DNA from: an uncultured Candidatus Saccharibacteria bacterium
GTDB lineage: Bacteria; Patescibacteriota; Minisyncoccia; Phycocordibacterales; UBA2100
Direction of reading: 5' to 3'
Length of the DNA: 64,000 bases
Assembly (NCBI GenBank): GCA_964399865.1
Contig: CAYNRJ010000001.1
Span: 2,315-66,314 of the forward strand
Part shown: positions 46,445-55,835 of the stretch, one piece after another
Numbering within the stretch: the first letter of the stretch is position 1
Layout of the letters: every line of letters begins with the position of its first letter
Translations under genes and position numbers: made by a program
Notes under the pieces: model-generated
What the model was told of the DNA's origin: nothing
What the model saw: only the letters and a program-made list of their open reading frames with translations
Databases searched by the model: none

Positions 46445-48238
46445 TTACTCAGACACATTTGTAAAGATGCTCCACACTCTCTCTGTGTCTGTGTACCACT
46501 CGTGTACATTAAGAAAGCGTTCACTTGCTGAAACTAGCGCGCCAAACTCAGCACCCTGCACTTTTGAAGGAAGTACATAGATAAGGTGGGGGGCAAAGAG
46601 GAAGATAGCAGGTCGCTCCTCCTCAATGATTTCTGCAAACGATCCGTAGAGGGCTTCGCGTTCCTTTCGGTTGGTCGTTGCGCGGGCGTCCGCCAAGAGA
46701 GTATCAGCTTTCGAGTTCGTGTAAAGAGCTAAGTTGAGACCAGGATCATTTCTCTGACTTGAGTGCCAGAACGCAAAGAGGTCGAGGGAACGTCCGACAA
46801 CTTCTCCGAAAAGCAGTGCGTCATACGCACGTGGGCGGATGATATTCGTGTTCAATTCAGAGATCGGATATACGTGCAGCTCGACATGGATACCTGCTGC
46901 CTGCCACATTGAAGTAAGAGTTTCTGCAACGGCGGTGAGCTCGGGAGAATCTGCAGTCGATATAGCAAACTGGAGTTTTTGCTCACCGTTTTTGCCGCGT
47001 ACCCATAGTCCGGCCTCCTCATCGAATGTCCAACCGCCCTCCTCTAAAATCGCTCGTGCGTCTTCCGCGCCGGTGAAAGTCTCGGTTACCTCTTCTGATG
47101 TGCTGGTGGAAGCCTGACTCAGTACACCTACAGGAATTGGACCTGAAAGCGGAGACGCGTAGCCGTGCAGGACTGAATCAATGAGTTCTTGTTTGTTGAC
47201 GGCCACCGCCAAGGCTTCACGGACCGACGCATTCGCGAGCACGGTCGCGTGACCTTGATTCAAAAATACTCCAAAGACGCGTGGAAGCGGGGTCTGTATA
47301 ACACGCGCACTGTCGTCGAGGCGGACAAGCTCTGAAGGGGACGCTCCGGCAAAACTATCAATCACGCCGGAATTCCACGCATCAACCAAAGCTGTTTCGT
47401 TTGGGAAAAAAGTGATGAGTATTTTCTTGATATGTGGTTTTCCGAGCGCGAATTTCTTAAATGGACGGAGTTCGTATCCTGTCGTTACGTCTGTGGGATC
47501 CGTATGCACCGCATGTATGCGGTACGGCCCACTGCCAATAGGTTTTATATTGACTGGTGAAAATGGGAACTCTTCCGTCGAAATGTCTTGCCATACATGC
47601 GCAGGAAGAATTCCTAATGTCGTGTTCTCAAGGAACGGTGCATATGGGCGAGGGAGCGTAAAAATTACCGTGTGATCATCCGGCGCTGCGACAGTCACGC
47701 CATCCCAATCGGCCCTTCTTGGGCTTCGTATATCAGCATTTTGTGCGGCGTGCACCGTGAACACAACGTCTGATGCGGTAACAGGCGTACCATCGTGGAA
47801 TTCTAGGTCGGGACGGAGGGTGAATGTGTAAGTCAGACCGTCAGGAGATATTTCATATGCGGAAGTAAGGTCAGGAATGATAGAACCATCAGGTGATACC
47901 CGAGTGAGTCCCGAATACACAAGCGCGGTCAGGTCTTTGTCAGCTTCGGATATGGCAAGAAGAGGGTTAATAAACCGTGCTGAGCCCATGACTCCTTCTT
48001 CAATAGCGCCACCGTCGACAGGGACAGTGACTGATGAGGCCGCGTTTAATTTCGCGAGGAATACGAGCGTGCTTGCCGCGAGCGCTACGGTAAGGATATA
48101 TAAAAGGAATCTTTCACTCGGAGAAAAACGTGGAAGCATGTTCTCCAGACCGAGGAACAGTTGAACATCGCGCGGTTTTGTGAGCGCAGATCGAAGATCT
48201 TTTGATTCTGTGGTGTATACGTTCTGATTTTGGTCCAT
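46445..48238 (-). CDS. ABC transporter substrate-binding protein, family 5 (peptide/nickel type), membrane-anchored.
   Basis: N-terminal TM anchor; size and the Dpp/Opp-SBP-like pattern. Confidence 0.65.
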   Translation of the reverse strand: MDQNQNVYTTESKDLRSALTKPRDVQLFLGLENMLPRFSPSERFLLYILTVALAASTLVFLAKLNAASSVTVPVDGGAIEEGVMGSARFINPLLAISEADKDLTALVYSGLTRVSPDGSIIPDLTSAYEISPDGLTYTFTLRPDLEFHDGTPVTASDVVFTVHAAQNADIRSPRRADWDGVTVAAPDDHTVIFTLPRPYAPFLENTTLGILPAHVWQDISTEEFPFSPVNIKPIGSGPYRIHAVHTDPTDVTTGYELRPFKKFALGKPHIKKILITFFPNETALVDAWNSGVIDSFAGASPSELVRLDDSARVIQTPLPRVFGVFLNQGHATVLANASVREALAVAVNKQELIDSVLHGYASPLSGPIPVGVLSQASTSTSEEVTETFTGAEDARAILEEGGWTFDEEAGLWVRGKNGEQKLQFAISTADSPELTAVAETLTSMWQAAGIHVELHVYPISELNTNIIRPRAYDALLFGEVVGRSLDLFAFWHSSQRNDPGLNLALYTNSKADTLLADARATTNRKEREALYGSFAEIIEEERPAIFLFAPHLIYVLPSKVQGAEFGALVSASERFLNVHEWYTDTERVWSIFTNVSE

Positions 48239-48386
48239 GTTTGCTGTTCACAATTGGCTTTTTCTTCAACCTCGTGTGTACAGACCTTTGAGCTACAGAG
48301 CGCGAATAGGCGCTGCTAAGCAGGAGAAGCGGGAAGTTGAGGAGGTGTAAGGTCTGCAAGAATGCAGAAAAAACCGATTGAAAGGT

Positions 48387-48620
48387 TTAACTAATAATTA
48401 AATTGACGAATGCTGATACCGCGAAGAGAATTCCGAGTGCAATGGTAGCACGAAAGAGGGTCTTCTCCATTCCGCGACGGGTGTGGAAACCAGTAGAAAA
48501 GTTGTCAGAGCCGAACGCGCCTCCAAGGGATGCTCCTGTGCGCTGCAAAATGATGGCACCGATAAGAAGTATGCCGAGCACGATTTGCACGTAAGGAAGG
48601 ACCGTATGGAGGAAACTCAT
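48387..48620 (-). CDS. secG: Preprotein translocase subunit SecG.
   Basis: MSFLHTVLPYVQIVLGILLIGAIILQRTGASLGGAFGS…, two TMs with the G-rich loop. Confidence 0.75.
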   Translation of the reverse strand: MSFLHTVLPYVQIVLGILLIGAIILQRTGASLGGAFGSDNFSTGFHTRRGMEKTLFRATIALGILFAVSAFVNLIIS

Positions 48621-48725
48621 TGCAAATATACTAGCACAGCACGAAAGAGAGGGCAAATAGAGTAAAAATATGAAAAATCTGGCCGCGGCGGACTCCTCGC
48701 ACTGAGGAAGTCCGCCGCGAAGCCA

Positions 48726-49199
48726 TCAATCGCGCAGCCCGTGGTTCAGGAAGCTCGCACAGATCGTGCCGCCGATCACGCTCGCGAGAGCGATCACCGT
48801 CCATTCAGTGAAGCCGAGCGCTTCGATCCCGCGGAGGTTGATCGTGATGAACGAAATGATTCCTGCCGAGACGACCGAAAACACGCCGACCATGACGAGC
48901 CTCCACGCCGACCATAGTGGGCCCATACCTTTCTTGATGAGGGCTCGGATCTGGATCAAGCCGAACCAGAGGCTCGAAATAGTGGCGGCTCCAGCGCCGA
49001 GCCACCATTGCCAGCTCTCCGCCGGGCTCGCCATTGCAAGAGCGATTGCCGTGACGGCAGCAATCGCGAGAGTGATTTCCTTTGCGGTCATTCTATCACC
49101 TTTGTTGTCGATTGCGACGCCATATCCCAGGCGTCTTGGGTACCCTATTTTCATTACAGCATCTTCAGAGCAAGAGGTCAAGTTGACCCATCTCTTCAT
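48726..49199 (-). CDS. Hypothetical 4-TM membrane protein (probable start at internal Met MTAKEITLAIAAV, about nt 49091); elevated GC relative to its flanks.
   Basis: Hydrophobic helices; G/C-rich codons. Confidence 0.4.
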   Translation of the reverse strand: MKRWVNLTSCSEDAVMKIGYPRRLGYGVAIDNKGDRMTAKEITLAIAAVTAIALAMASPAESWQWWLGAGAATISSLWFGLIQIRALIKKGMGPLWSAWRLVMVGVFSVVSAGIISFITINLRGIEALGFTEWTVIALASVIGGTICASFLNHGLRD

Positions 49200-49274
49200 T
49201 TTCCGTATATTTTCCGAGCAGCGCGCAAGCGCTTATCTACTCGAGATTTATTAAAAGACCTAGCAATTTTTCTT

Positions 49275-49607
49275 ATGAAGAAAACACAGAAAAAAGCCGC
49301 TCCTGTTAACGGATTTAAATTCAGACCAGCCGGCGATCGCATACTTGTGAAGCCACAGGCAGTCGAAGATGAGAAATCTCCGTCCGGAATCATTATTCCT
49401 GACACCGCGCAGAAGGAAAAGCCAGAGCGAGGTGTGGTTGTTGCGGTAGGACCTGGAAAAGTCGGAGACGATAACGAAGTCGTTCCAGTTTCTATAAAAG
49501 TTGGAGACAAAGTTATGTTCTCAAAGTATGGGTACGACGAAGTAACGATCGATGATGTCGAGTATTACATCGTTTCCGAGTCCGGAATCCTCGGCACCTT
49601 CAAATAA
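49275..49607 (+). CDS. groES: Co-chaperonin GroES with a ~14-aa basic N-terminal extension (start at internal Met MKKTQKK).
   Basis: …[14 protein letters not shown]…[28 protein letters not shown]…. Confidence 0.9.
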   Translation: [110 protein letters not shown]

Positions 49608-49631
49608 TCATTATTCCTTAACGAAAATACT

Positions 49632-51281
49632 ATGGCAAAACAAGTAATCTTTGATCAAGACGTACGAAATGCACTGAAGCGCGGCATAGATATCGTCGCA
49701 GGCGCAGTGCGCGTGACGATCGGCCCTCGCGGAAGGAATGTTGCGATAGGAAAGTCATGGGGCGGGCCCACGATCACCAATGATGGTGTTTCAATTGCAA
49801 AAGAAATCACGCTCGCGGACAAATTTGAAGACATGGGCGCTTCCATTGTCAAGGAAGTTGCAACAAAGACGAATGACAAAGCAGGAGACGGCACCACAAC
49901 AGCGGTCGTCCTCACTCAGGCGATCATTCACGAGGGTTTGAAGCGCACAGCACTCGGTGCGAACGCGATGATGGTGCGTCGTGGTATCGAAGCAGCAGCA
50001 AAGGACGCCGTTGAAGAGCTGAAGAAAATGGCGAAGCCGATAAAGACAAAGGAGGAAAAGCGTCAGATCGCTACAATTTCTGCGGAATCATCTGAGCTCG
50101 GCATCACTATCGCTGACATCGTAGACAAGGTCGGCAAGGACGGCGTGGTGACTGTCGAAGAATCGCAGTCCATCGGTATTGAATCTGACTACGTCGAAGG
50201 AATGGAGTTCGACAAGGGGTATGTGTCTGCATATCTCATCACGAACGCAGAGCGAATGGAGGCAGAAATGAAAGATGCACCGATCCTCATCACTGACAAG
50301 AAGATTTCTACGATTAAAGATATTCTTCCGCTCCTCGAGAAGGTCGCGCAGTCTGGAAAGAAGGATCTCTGCATCATCGCAGATGATGTTGATGGAGAAG
50401 CTCTTGCAACTCTCATCGTCAACAAACTTCGTGGTGTATTTAATGTGCTCGCGATCAAAGCGCCAGGATACGGCGACCGCAAGAAAGAGATGCTCGCGGA
50501 TATCGCAGTCACTGTTGGGGCATCGGTTGTGTCCGAAGACCTTGGTGTGAAGCTTGAGAATACAGAACTTGCAATGCTCGGGAAGGCAAGTCGTGTCGTT
50601 GCTACAAAGGATTCGACTATTATCGTCGGAGGTAAGGGAAAGAAAGGAGATATCGACAAGCGCGTATCGCAGCTTAAGAAGCAACTCGAAAATACGGACT
50701 CGAAATTCGACAAAGAAAAATTGGAGGAGCGAGTTGCGAAGCTCTCGGGTGGCGTTGCAGTCATTCGTGTAGGAGCTGCGACTGAGACAGAGATGAAATA
50801 TTTGAAAGACAAGATCGAGGACGCGGTCAATGCAACGAAAGCCGCAATTTCCGAGGGTATCGTCGCTGGAGGTGGAACTGCGCTCGCAAAAGTCGCTGAC
50901 AAACTATCAAAGAAAGTAGATCCAAATGCTCACGACGAGCACACGATAGGCTACCGGATACTTGTATCCGCGCTCACCGCGCCATTTCTCCAGATTGTAA
51001 AGAATTCCGGTCGTGAAGATGGCGCAGTGCTCCTTCGCGATGTTGTCGCAAAGGGCGGCGCATGGGGATTTGATGCAGCTGCAGAAAGTGTCGAAGGAAA
51101 GATCGTCGACATGTATGAAGCTGGCATCATCGATCCGGTGAAAGTAACTCGTAGTGGTGTTGAAAATGCAGCATCTGCCGCTGCAGTACTTCTCACTACA
51201 GAAGCTGCCATCGCAGATATTCCAGAAGAGAAGAAGGCTCCAGTAGGAGGTGGTATGGGGATGGGAGGGGACATGGAGTAG
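49632..51281 (+). CDS. groEL: Chaperonin GroEL.
   Basis: Canonical sequence throughout, C-terminal GGM repeat (GGGMGMGGDME). Confidence 0.97.
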   Translation: MAKQVIFDQDVRNALKRGIDIVAGAVRVTIGPRGRNVAIGKSWGGPTITNDGVSIAKEITLADKFEDMGASIVKEVATKTNDKAGDGTTTAVVLTQAIIHEGLKRTALGANAMMVRRGIEAAAKDAVEELKKMAKPIKTKEEKRQIATISAESSELGITIADIVDKVGKDGVVTVEESQSIGIESDYVEGMEFDKGYVSAYLITNAERMEAEMKDAPILITDKKISTIKDILPLLEKVAQSGKKDLCIIADDVDGEALATLIVNKLRGVFNVLAIKAPGYGDRKKEMLADIAVTVGASVVSEDLGVKLENTELAMLGKASRVVATKDSTIIVGGKGKKGDIDKRVSQLKKQLENTDSKFDKEKLEERVAKLSGGVAVIRVGAATETEMKYLKDKIEDAVNATKAAISEGIVAGGGTALAKVADKLSKKVDPNAHDEHTIGYRILVSALTAPFLQIVKNSGREDGAVLLRDVVAKGGAWGFDAAAESVEGKIVDMYEAGIIDPVKVTRSGVENAASAAAVLLTTEAAIADIPEEKKAPVGGGMGMGGDME

Positions 51282-51295
51282 AGGGCCACTCGGCT

Positions 51296-51392
51296 TGCGA
51301 TCAGCATTTCTGCGGTCGCTGTCTGCCGCTGGTGCGGCAGCGCTGCCTCTCGGCCCGCCGGCCTGCGAGACACCGCATAAACGCTGATCGCA
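51296..51392. ncRNA. Copy B of the repeated structured element, immediately 3' of groEL.
   Basis: Closing helix ttgcgatcagcatttctgcgg / ccgcataaacgctgatcgcaa; hairpin cgctg tctg ccgc-tggt-gcgg cagcg; hairpin tctcg ggcc-cgcc-ggcc tg cgaga. Confidence 0.45.
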
Positions 51393-51466
51393 ACCCTCGC
51401 TTTAGGTTGAAAAAATTACATCGTCGTGCCTGCGCAGACCCTCGAAAAACAATTACTCCCTCGCTA

Positions 51467-51515
51467 GAAGTTTTAAAAAGTTGAAGCTCCGGCCGCAGCG
51501 TGCGCCCGGAGCTTC
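51467..51515 (-). terminator. Terminator for the minus-strand gene 51534..51851 (10-bp stem gaagctccgg / ccggagcttc; U-run on the minus side).
   Basis: agttttaaaaagttgaagctccggccgcagcgtgcgcccggagcttc. Confidence 0.55.
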
Positions 51516-51533
51516 GAGTCGCGAAGAGTGTTC

Positions 51534-51851
51534 TCACGACAGGTGACCTGCTTCATCGGCGATGACTCTTCTGGCCATGTCTTCACAGCCCATGTCGAAT
51601 AAGCCGAGATCGTCTGCGTCATAGCGCGAAAGGTACTCTGCCGCTTCAGCGAGCCATTCGAGTGGCGATATCCCGTCCTTTTCGCCGACAGGGATCATTC
51701 GATCTCCACTTTCTGTGCGGAAGACGTACAGGATTTGAATGAGAGGCCTACCCCGCTCCTCCTTGGTAACGAGTGCATCTAATAGTCGGACCGCACCCAC
51801 GCAGCCCGCATCGCTGAACAGTTTTCTTGCCCGCTCTACTTCTGGAGCCAT
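51534..51851 (-). CDS. Hypothetical 105-aa cytoplasmic protein.
   Basis: ORF only. Confidence 0.35.
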   Translation of the reverse strand: MAPEVERARKLFSDAGCVGAVRLLDALVTKEERGRPLIQILYVFRTESGDRMIPVGEKDGISPLEWLAEAAEYLSRYDADDLGLFDMGCEDMARRVIADEAGHLS

Positions 51852-51945
51852 CCGTTTCTCCCGTCGTAACCTTCTCGCAAGAAGGACACTATTTTTACAG
51901 TACTACCTTCATTAAGTAGAGGCAAATATGCTATAATTTCTTTAT

Positions 51946-52506
51946 ATGACAATCATCTATATTCTATTAGGAGTCTTTGTAGTAGTCGCCCTGTGGGTCA
52001 TCTGGGCCTACAACCGATTCGTTTCGCTTACCAACCGTACTGAGGAAGGATGGTCGGATATTGAGGTGCAAATGAAGCGTAGATACGACCTTATTCCGAA
52101 CCTCGTCAACACAGTTAAGGGATACGCTTCTCACGAAGCAGGAACCCTGCAGAAGGTGACAGAGGCTCGTACACAGGCAATGGGAGCACAGACTGTTGCG
52201 CAGCACGCACAGGCAGAAAATATGCTTACTGATGCTCTCAAATCTCTCTTCGCCGTTTCGGAGGCATATCCGGATCTCAAAGCGAATACGAATTTCGTCG
52301 AACTTCAGCGCGAGCTTTCTGACACTGAAAATAAAATTCAGGCAGCACGACGTTTCTACAACTCTGTTGTTATTGAACTTCAGAACGCTCTCGAGCAATT
52401 TCCAACGAACATCGTTGCGGGGATCTTCAAATTCAAGACTCGTGAATTCTTTGAACTCGCAGGAGATGAGCAGGCAGCTCGCCAGCCTGTGAAAGTTAGC
52501 TTCTAG
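51946..52506 (+). CDS. lemA: LemA family protein.
   Basis: N-terminal TM; YNRFVSLTNRTEEGWSDIEVQMKRRYDLIPNLV. Confidence 0.85.
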   Translation: MTIIYILLGVFVVVALWVIWAYNRFVSLTNRTEEGWSDIEVQMKRRYDLIPNLVNTVKGYASHEAGTLQKVTEARTQAMGAQTVAQHAQAENMLTDALKSLFAVSEAYPDLKANTNFVELQRELSDTENKIQAARRFYNSVVIELQNALEQFPTNIVAGIFKFKTREFFELAGDEQAARQPVKVSF

Positions 52507-52511
52507 TCAGA

Positions 52512-53402
52512 ATGGCGTCTCTCTATACACATCAATCCGCAAATATTAGAAAGACCTGGATGCTCATGGGTGGCTTTCTGATTTTGATTATCGGGATCGG
52601 TTGGCTTATCTCACAGATATACGGTAACTCATACATTCTCTACGGAGCTGTCGCATTCTCTCTCTTTATGAATGTGACGGCGTACTGGTTTTCTGACAAG
52701 ATCGCTCTCGCTTCGACAGGAGCGAAACAGGCGGACGAAGCTCAGTATCGTGAGCTGCATCGCATTCTTGAAAACCTTGCCATCACTGCGGGGCTCCCTA
52801 AGCCACGACTTTATGTGGTGAATGATCCAGCACCGAACGCATTTGCAACGGGCAGAAATCCGAAGCATGCGGTTGTCGCAGTAACCACAGGACTACTCGA
52901 GCGACTCGACAGAAGTGAACTTGAGGGCGTTATCGCCCACGAACTTTCTCACATCGGAAATCGCGATATTCTCGTGATGACCGTCGCAGTCGTTCTTGCA
53001 GGAGTGGTGGCCATGATCGCAGATCTGTTTTTACGTATCAGTTTCTTCGGAGGAGGGGATAGAGACAATAAGAATCCGGTCCTCCTTATCGCAGGAATCG
53101 TTGCAATAATCGTTGCGCCGATTGCTGCGCAATTAATACAACTCGCAGTCTCTCGTCGTCGAGAATTCCTCGCAGACGCTTCTGGCGCTCTTCTTACGCG
53201 GTATCCGGATGGTCTTGCTTCCGCACTCCAAAAAATTTCCTCATACGGAGCGCCAATGAAGCGCGCGAATCACGCGACTGCACACCTATTCATATCGAAT
53301 CCGTTCGGTGCGCACGAAGCGGGCCGATTTATCGCAAAGATATTTGCAACGCATCCTCCGATGGAGGATCGCGTCGCAGCTCTCACGGGAATGCGTGTTT
53401 GA
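52512..53402 (+). CDS. htpX: Zinc metalloprotease HtpX (M48).
   Basis: HELSHIGNRD (HExxH), 4 TM. Confidence 0.85.
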   Translation: MASLYTHQSANIRKTWMLMGGFLILIIGIGWLISQIYGNSYILYGAVAFSLFMNVTAYWFSDKIALASTGAKQADEAQYRELHRILENLAITAGLPKPRLYVVNDPAPNAFATGRNPKHAVVAVTTGLLERLDRSELEGVIAHELSHIGNRDILVMTVAVVLAGVVAMIADLFLRISFFGGGDRDNKNPVLLIAGIVAIIVAPIAAQLIQLAVSRRREFLADASGALLTRYPDGLASALQKISSYGAPMKRANHATAHLFISNPFGAHEAGRFIAKIFATHPPMEDRVAALTGMRV

Positions 53403-53477
53403 CCACCGTATTGTTTCGTGTTTAAATAAGAACAAGTCACCAACCGGTGGCCTTTGCACATTTGGAGGGCGAAGAAA

Positions 53478-53723
53478 GTGGCACTCGATAGGAATGGGAA
53501 GGCGGAGAAGCAACTCAAGGTGGTCAACGATCCCGAGGGTCGCGCTGTGCCGGTCTACATACTGGTCAACGTCGCGGACCTCAAACGTGGTCAGTCGTTC
53601 CGGGTAACGACAACTTCGGTGACAACCGTGGAGGTCGTGCGCAAGAAGAGGCCGGCGAAAACGATCGCCTCAGTTCGGCCTGGTTCAAACACTAAAAGCT
53701 ACCGACCTAGGAAGAAGAAGTAG
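53478..53723 (+). CDS. Small basic protein (GTG start with a GGAGGG RBS; the ORF-track ATG at 53454 is an alternative).
   Basis: K/R-rich C-terminus (RKKRPAKTIASVRPGSNTKSYRPRKKK). Confidence 0.35.
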   Translation: MALDRNGKAEKQLKVVNDPEGRAVPVYILVNVADLKRGQSFRVTTTSVTTVEVVRKKRPAKTIASVRPGSNTKSYRPRKKK

Positions 53724-53799
53724 CTCCTTCGCGAACGGGCGGCCCTCTCTGGAGGGCCGCCTGCGACTTTTTATGAGTATTCAGAAACCGAAATTTCTG

Positions 53800-53805
53800 T
53801 ATAAT
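53800..53805 (+). promoter_or_regulatory. TATAAT -10 hexamer 9 nt upstream of the tRNA 5' end.
   Basis: ctgtataatgcgccgatc|GGAGGG…. Confidence 0.3.
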
Positions 53806-53814
53806 GCGCCGATC

Positions 53815-53899
53815 GGAGGGTTCGCATAGTGGTCTAGTGCACACGCTTGGAAAGCGTGCGTGCCGCAAGGCACCGAGAGTTCGAATCTCTCACCCTCCG
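53815..53899 (+). tRNA. tRNA-Ser (anticodon GGA), class II with a long variable arm; no encoded CCA; followed by a T8 run.
   Basis: GGAGGGT-TC-GCA-TAGTGGTCTAG-TGC-A-CACGC-TTGGAAA-GCGTG-CGTGCCGCAAGGCACC-GAGAG-TTCGAAT-CTCTC-ACCCTCC-G folded by hand. Confidence 0.85.
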
Positions 53900-53931
53900 C
53901 TGAGATTTTTTTTAGCGCTCCTGCGCTTTAA

Positions 53932-54213
53932 GTGTTACGATTTCAATACCAACGAAAGGAGGTGAGTTCTTTGCATCTCAAGGTAAACCTCTTCCTTACG
54001 GGGGATGGGTTTGTCGAAGAGGCGGCTAGGCTCGACGAATTACTTCTATCGCTTGGTCGAGTAAGCCTCTTCAACCGAAGTCCAGGGATCGCTCAATTCG
54101 AGCTAGATACTGAAAACGGTATCGACTCGATCCGACGTGCGATCACCGGCCATCGGTTCGATGGATCCGTAACGTGTGAGGAAGTACATGAAGAAGAAAT
54201 GGAACCGGCGTAA
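53932..54213 (+). CDS. Hypothetical small acidic protein (possible TTG start near 53971 after an AGGAGG RBS).
   Basis: ORF only. Confidence 0.3.
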   Translation: MLRFQYQRKEVSSLHLKVNLFLTGDGFVEEAARLDELLLSLGRVSLFNRSPGIAQFELDTENGIDSIRRAITGHRFDGSVTCEEVHEEEMEPA

Positions 54214-54335
54214 GTCGGCATTTCAGGGGCTCGGAAACGACGCATGGTGCACATACATGCGCACGTCCGAGCCCTCCAACTTATACTGTTTGCACACTCT
54301 CTCCTTCGCGCGGCTATCTTGTTTCGCTACATGAT

Positions 54336-54758
54336 ATGCTCATAGTATCTATGACATCATTTCTTTTTGCCTACCCTTTTTTGGTTCTTACAATAGTCGC
54401 ACTCGATCTCTTGTGGCTTGGAGTTGTGATGAAGGATTTTTATCGAGCTAATCTCGGGCACTTGATGGGAGACAGCGTTGTGTGGGGCGCAGCAATTGCT
54501 TTTTATTTTCTATTTGCCGCAGGTCTATTGTATTTTGCTGTCATGCCTGCAGTCGAAACAGCGTCTCTTGTTCGAGCGATTTCGCTCGGCGCTCTCATAG
54601 GTTTCCTATCATACGCAACGTATGACCTCACTAACCATGCAACACTCCGTGATTGGCCGCTCATCGTAACTATCGTTGATATTGCATGGGGAGCAGTCCT
54701 GTCTGCCACGGCGGCAGGAGTAGGGTTTCTGGCAGTGAAGATACTTGGGTCTTTTTGA
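54336..54758 (+). CDS. DUF2177-like membrane protein.
   Basis: 4 TM; LDLLWLGVVMKDFYRANLGHLM. Confidence 0.45.
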   Translation: MLIVSMTSFLFAYPFLVLTIVALDLLWLGVVMKDFYRANLGHLMGDSVVWGAAIAFYFLFAAGLLYFAVMPAVETASLVRAISLGALIGFLSYATYDLTNHATLRDWPLIVTIVDIAWGAVLSATAAGVGFLAVKILGSF

Positions 54759-54825
54759 CCTCTCGTATCTGGCCTGATGGATACGGAGGTATATACTCTA
54801 GGGACTTATAAGTAATTTTTTATAT

Positions 54826-55248
54826 ATGGATATTGCAATAAATTATTGGGCAGTAATCGCGTGTGGTGTATCAGCGATGGTGCTGGGATTCCTCTGGTAC
54901 GGACCAATATTCGGTAAGCAGTGGAAAGCCCTCATGGGGTATACCGATGAATCCATGAAGGCTATGAAGATGAAGCCGAATACCGCGTATGCCCTTATGG
55001 CTGTCGCTGCGCTTATTGAGGCATATGTGCTTGCTCACATGCTCGGAATTTCTGAGAAAGCCTGGGGAATGATGGATCTTTCTCTTGCGCTTCAGGGAGG
55101 ATTCTGGCTGTGGCTAGGTTTTGTTGCAACGACACAGATTGGTGCAGTGCTCTGGGAAAATAAGTCTTGGAAACTATTCTTTCTTAACGCTGCGTACTCG
55201 CTTATTTCTGTTGAGATAATGGCGACAATTCTTGCGCTTTGGAAATAA
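54826..55248 (+). CDS. DUF1761-like membrane protein.
   Basis: INYWAVIACGVSAMVLGFLWYGPIFGKQWKALMGY. Confidence 0.45.
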   Translation: MDIAINYWAVIACGVSAMVLGFLWYGPIFGKQWKALMGYTDESMKAMKMKPNTAYALMAVAALIEAYVLAHMLGISEKAWGMMDLSLALQGGFWLWLGFVATTQIGAVLWENKSWKLFFLNAAYSLISVEIMATILALWK

Positions 55249-55279
55249 AAACTCGAAGTAGGAAAGTATAAAAAGAAGT

Positions 55280-55332
55280 GGAGGTCGCCGTTGGGCGACC
55301 TCCGTTGTTTGGGATGGCGCGGTTGCGCCATC
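55280..55332. terminator. Two tandem GC hairpins (ggaggtcgcc-gttg-ggcgacctcc and gatggcgc-ggtt-gcgccatc); the first is a bidirectional terminator for the convergent genes.
   Basis: Perfect 10-bp and 8-bp stems; T/A-rich runs on both sides of hairpin 1. Confidence 0.6.
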
Positions 55333-55364
55333 CGCTTGTGCGAACGGGAGCTCCAGACGCGTAG

Positions 55365-55835
55365 CTAGCCGGCCGCGAGGCCGAGGCCACGGGCGCCGCC
55401 GGCACTGCCGCTGTCGCCGAAGGCGAGACGCGCCGACGCATGTGGCGCACTCCGGAGGCCGTCGGCGATGCCGCCGAAGAGCGCGTAGAACGGAGCGACG
55501 AGACCCGCCATGGCGACGATCGCGTAGTCGACCAGCGTCGGATCGAGACGGACGCCCTGGAGCCAGTCATTGACGGCCATGGCGACGTTGTCGGCGAGGT
55601 CGAGCGTGTAGCCGCTGATGGCGAGCGCGAGCATCGCAAACGGATCGGTGCCGCCGGTGTCGTTCAGGGCCGGCATCTCGAGCACGTTCTCGGTGTAGTA
55701 GACCTGGCCGGTGTCGTTGCCGAAGATCATCGGCGACGGTTCGTTCGGAGCCGTGATCGTCACTGCCGACAGGGCGGTCGAACCGGCGAGTACCACAGCC
55801 AGACCTGCGAGGCCCAGCGTTCGTGCGAGTTTCAT
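55365..55835 (-). CDS. Secreted protein (signal peptide) encoded at about 65% GC with extreme GC3; atypical for this genome.
   Basis: MKLARTLGLAGLAVVLAGSTALSAVTITA…; codons ctc/gcc/ggc/acc/gac dominate; the other long ORFs spanning this interval (four of the five in the track) are spurious. Confidence 0.5.
   Translation of the reverse strand: MKLARTLGLAGLAVVLAGSTALSAVTITAPNEPSPMIFGNDTGQVYYTENVLEMPALNDTGGTDPFAMLALAISGYTLDLADNVAMAVNDWLQGVRLDPTLVDYAIVAMAGLVAPFYALFGGIADGLRSAPHASARLAFGDSGSAGGARGLGLAAG

Noticed and set aside
50189-50902. 237-aa ORF antisense to groEL.
   Set aside because: groEL is unambiguous; the antisense ORF is a chance open frame.
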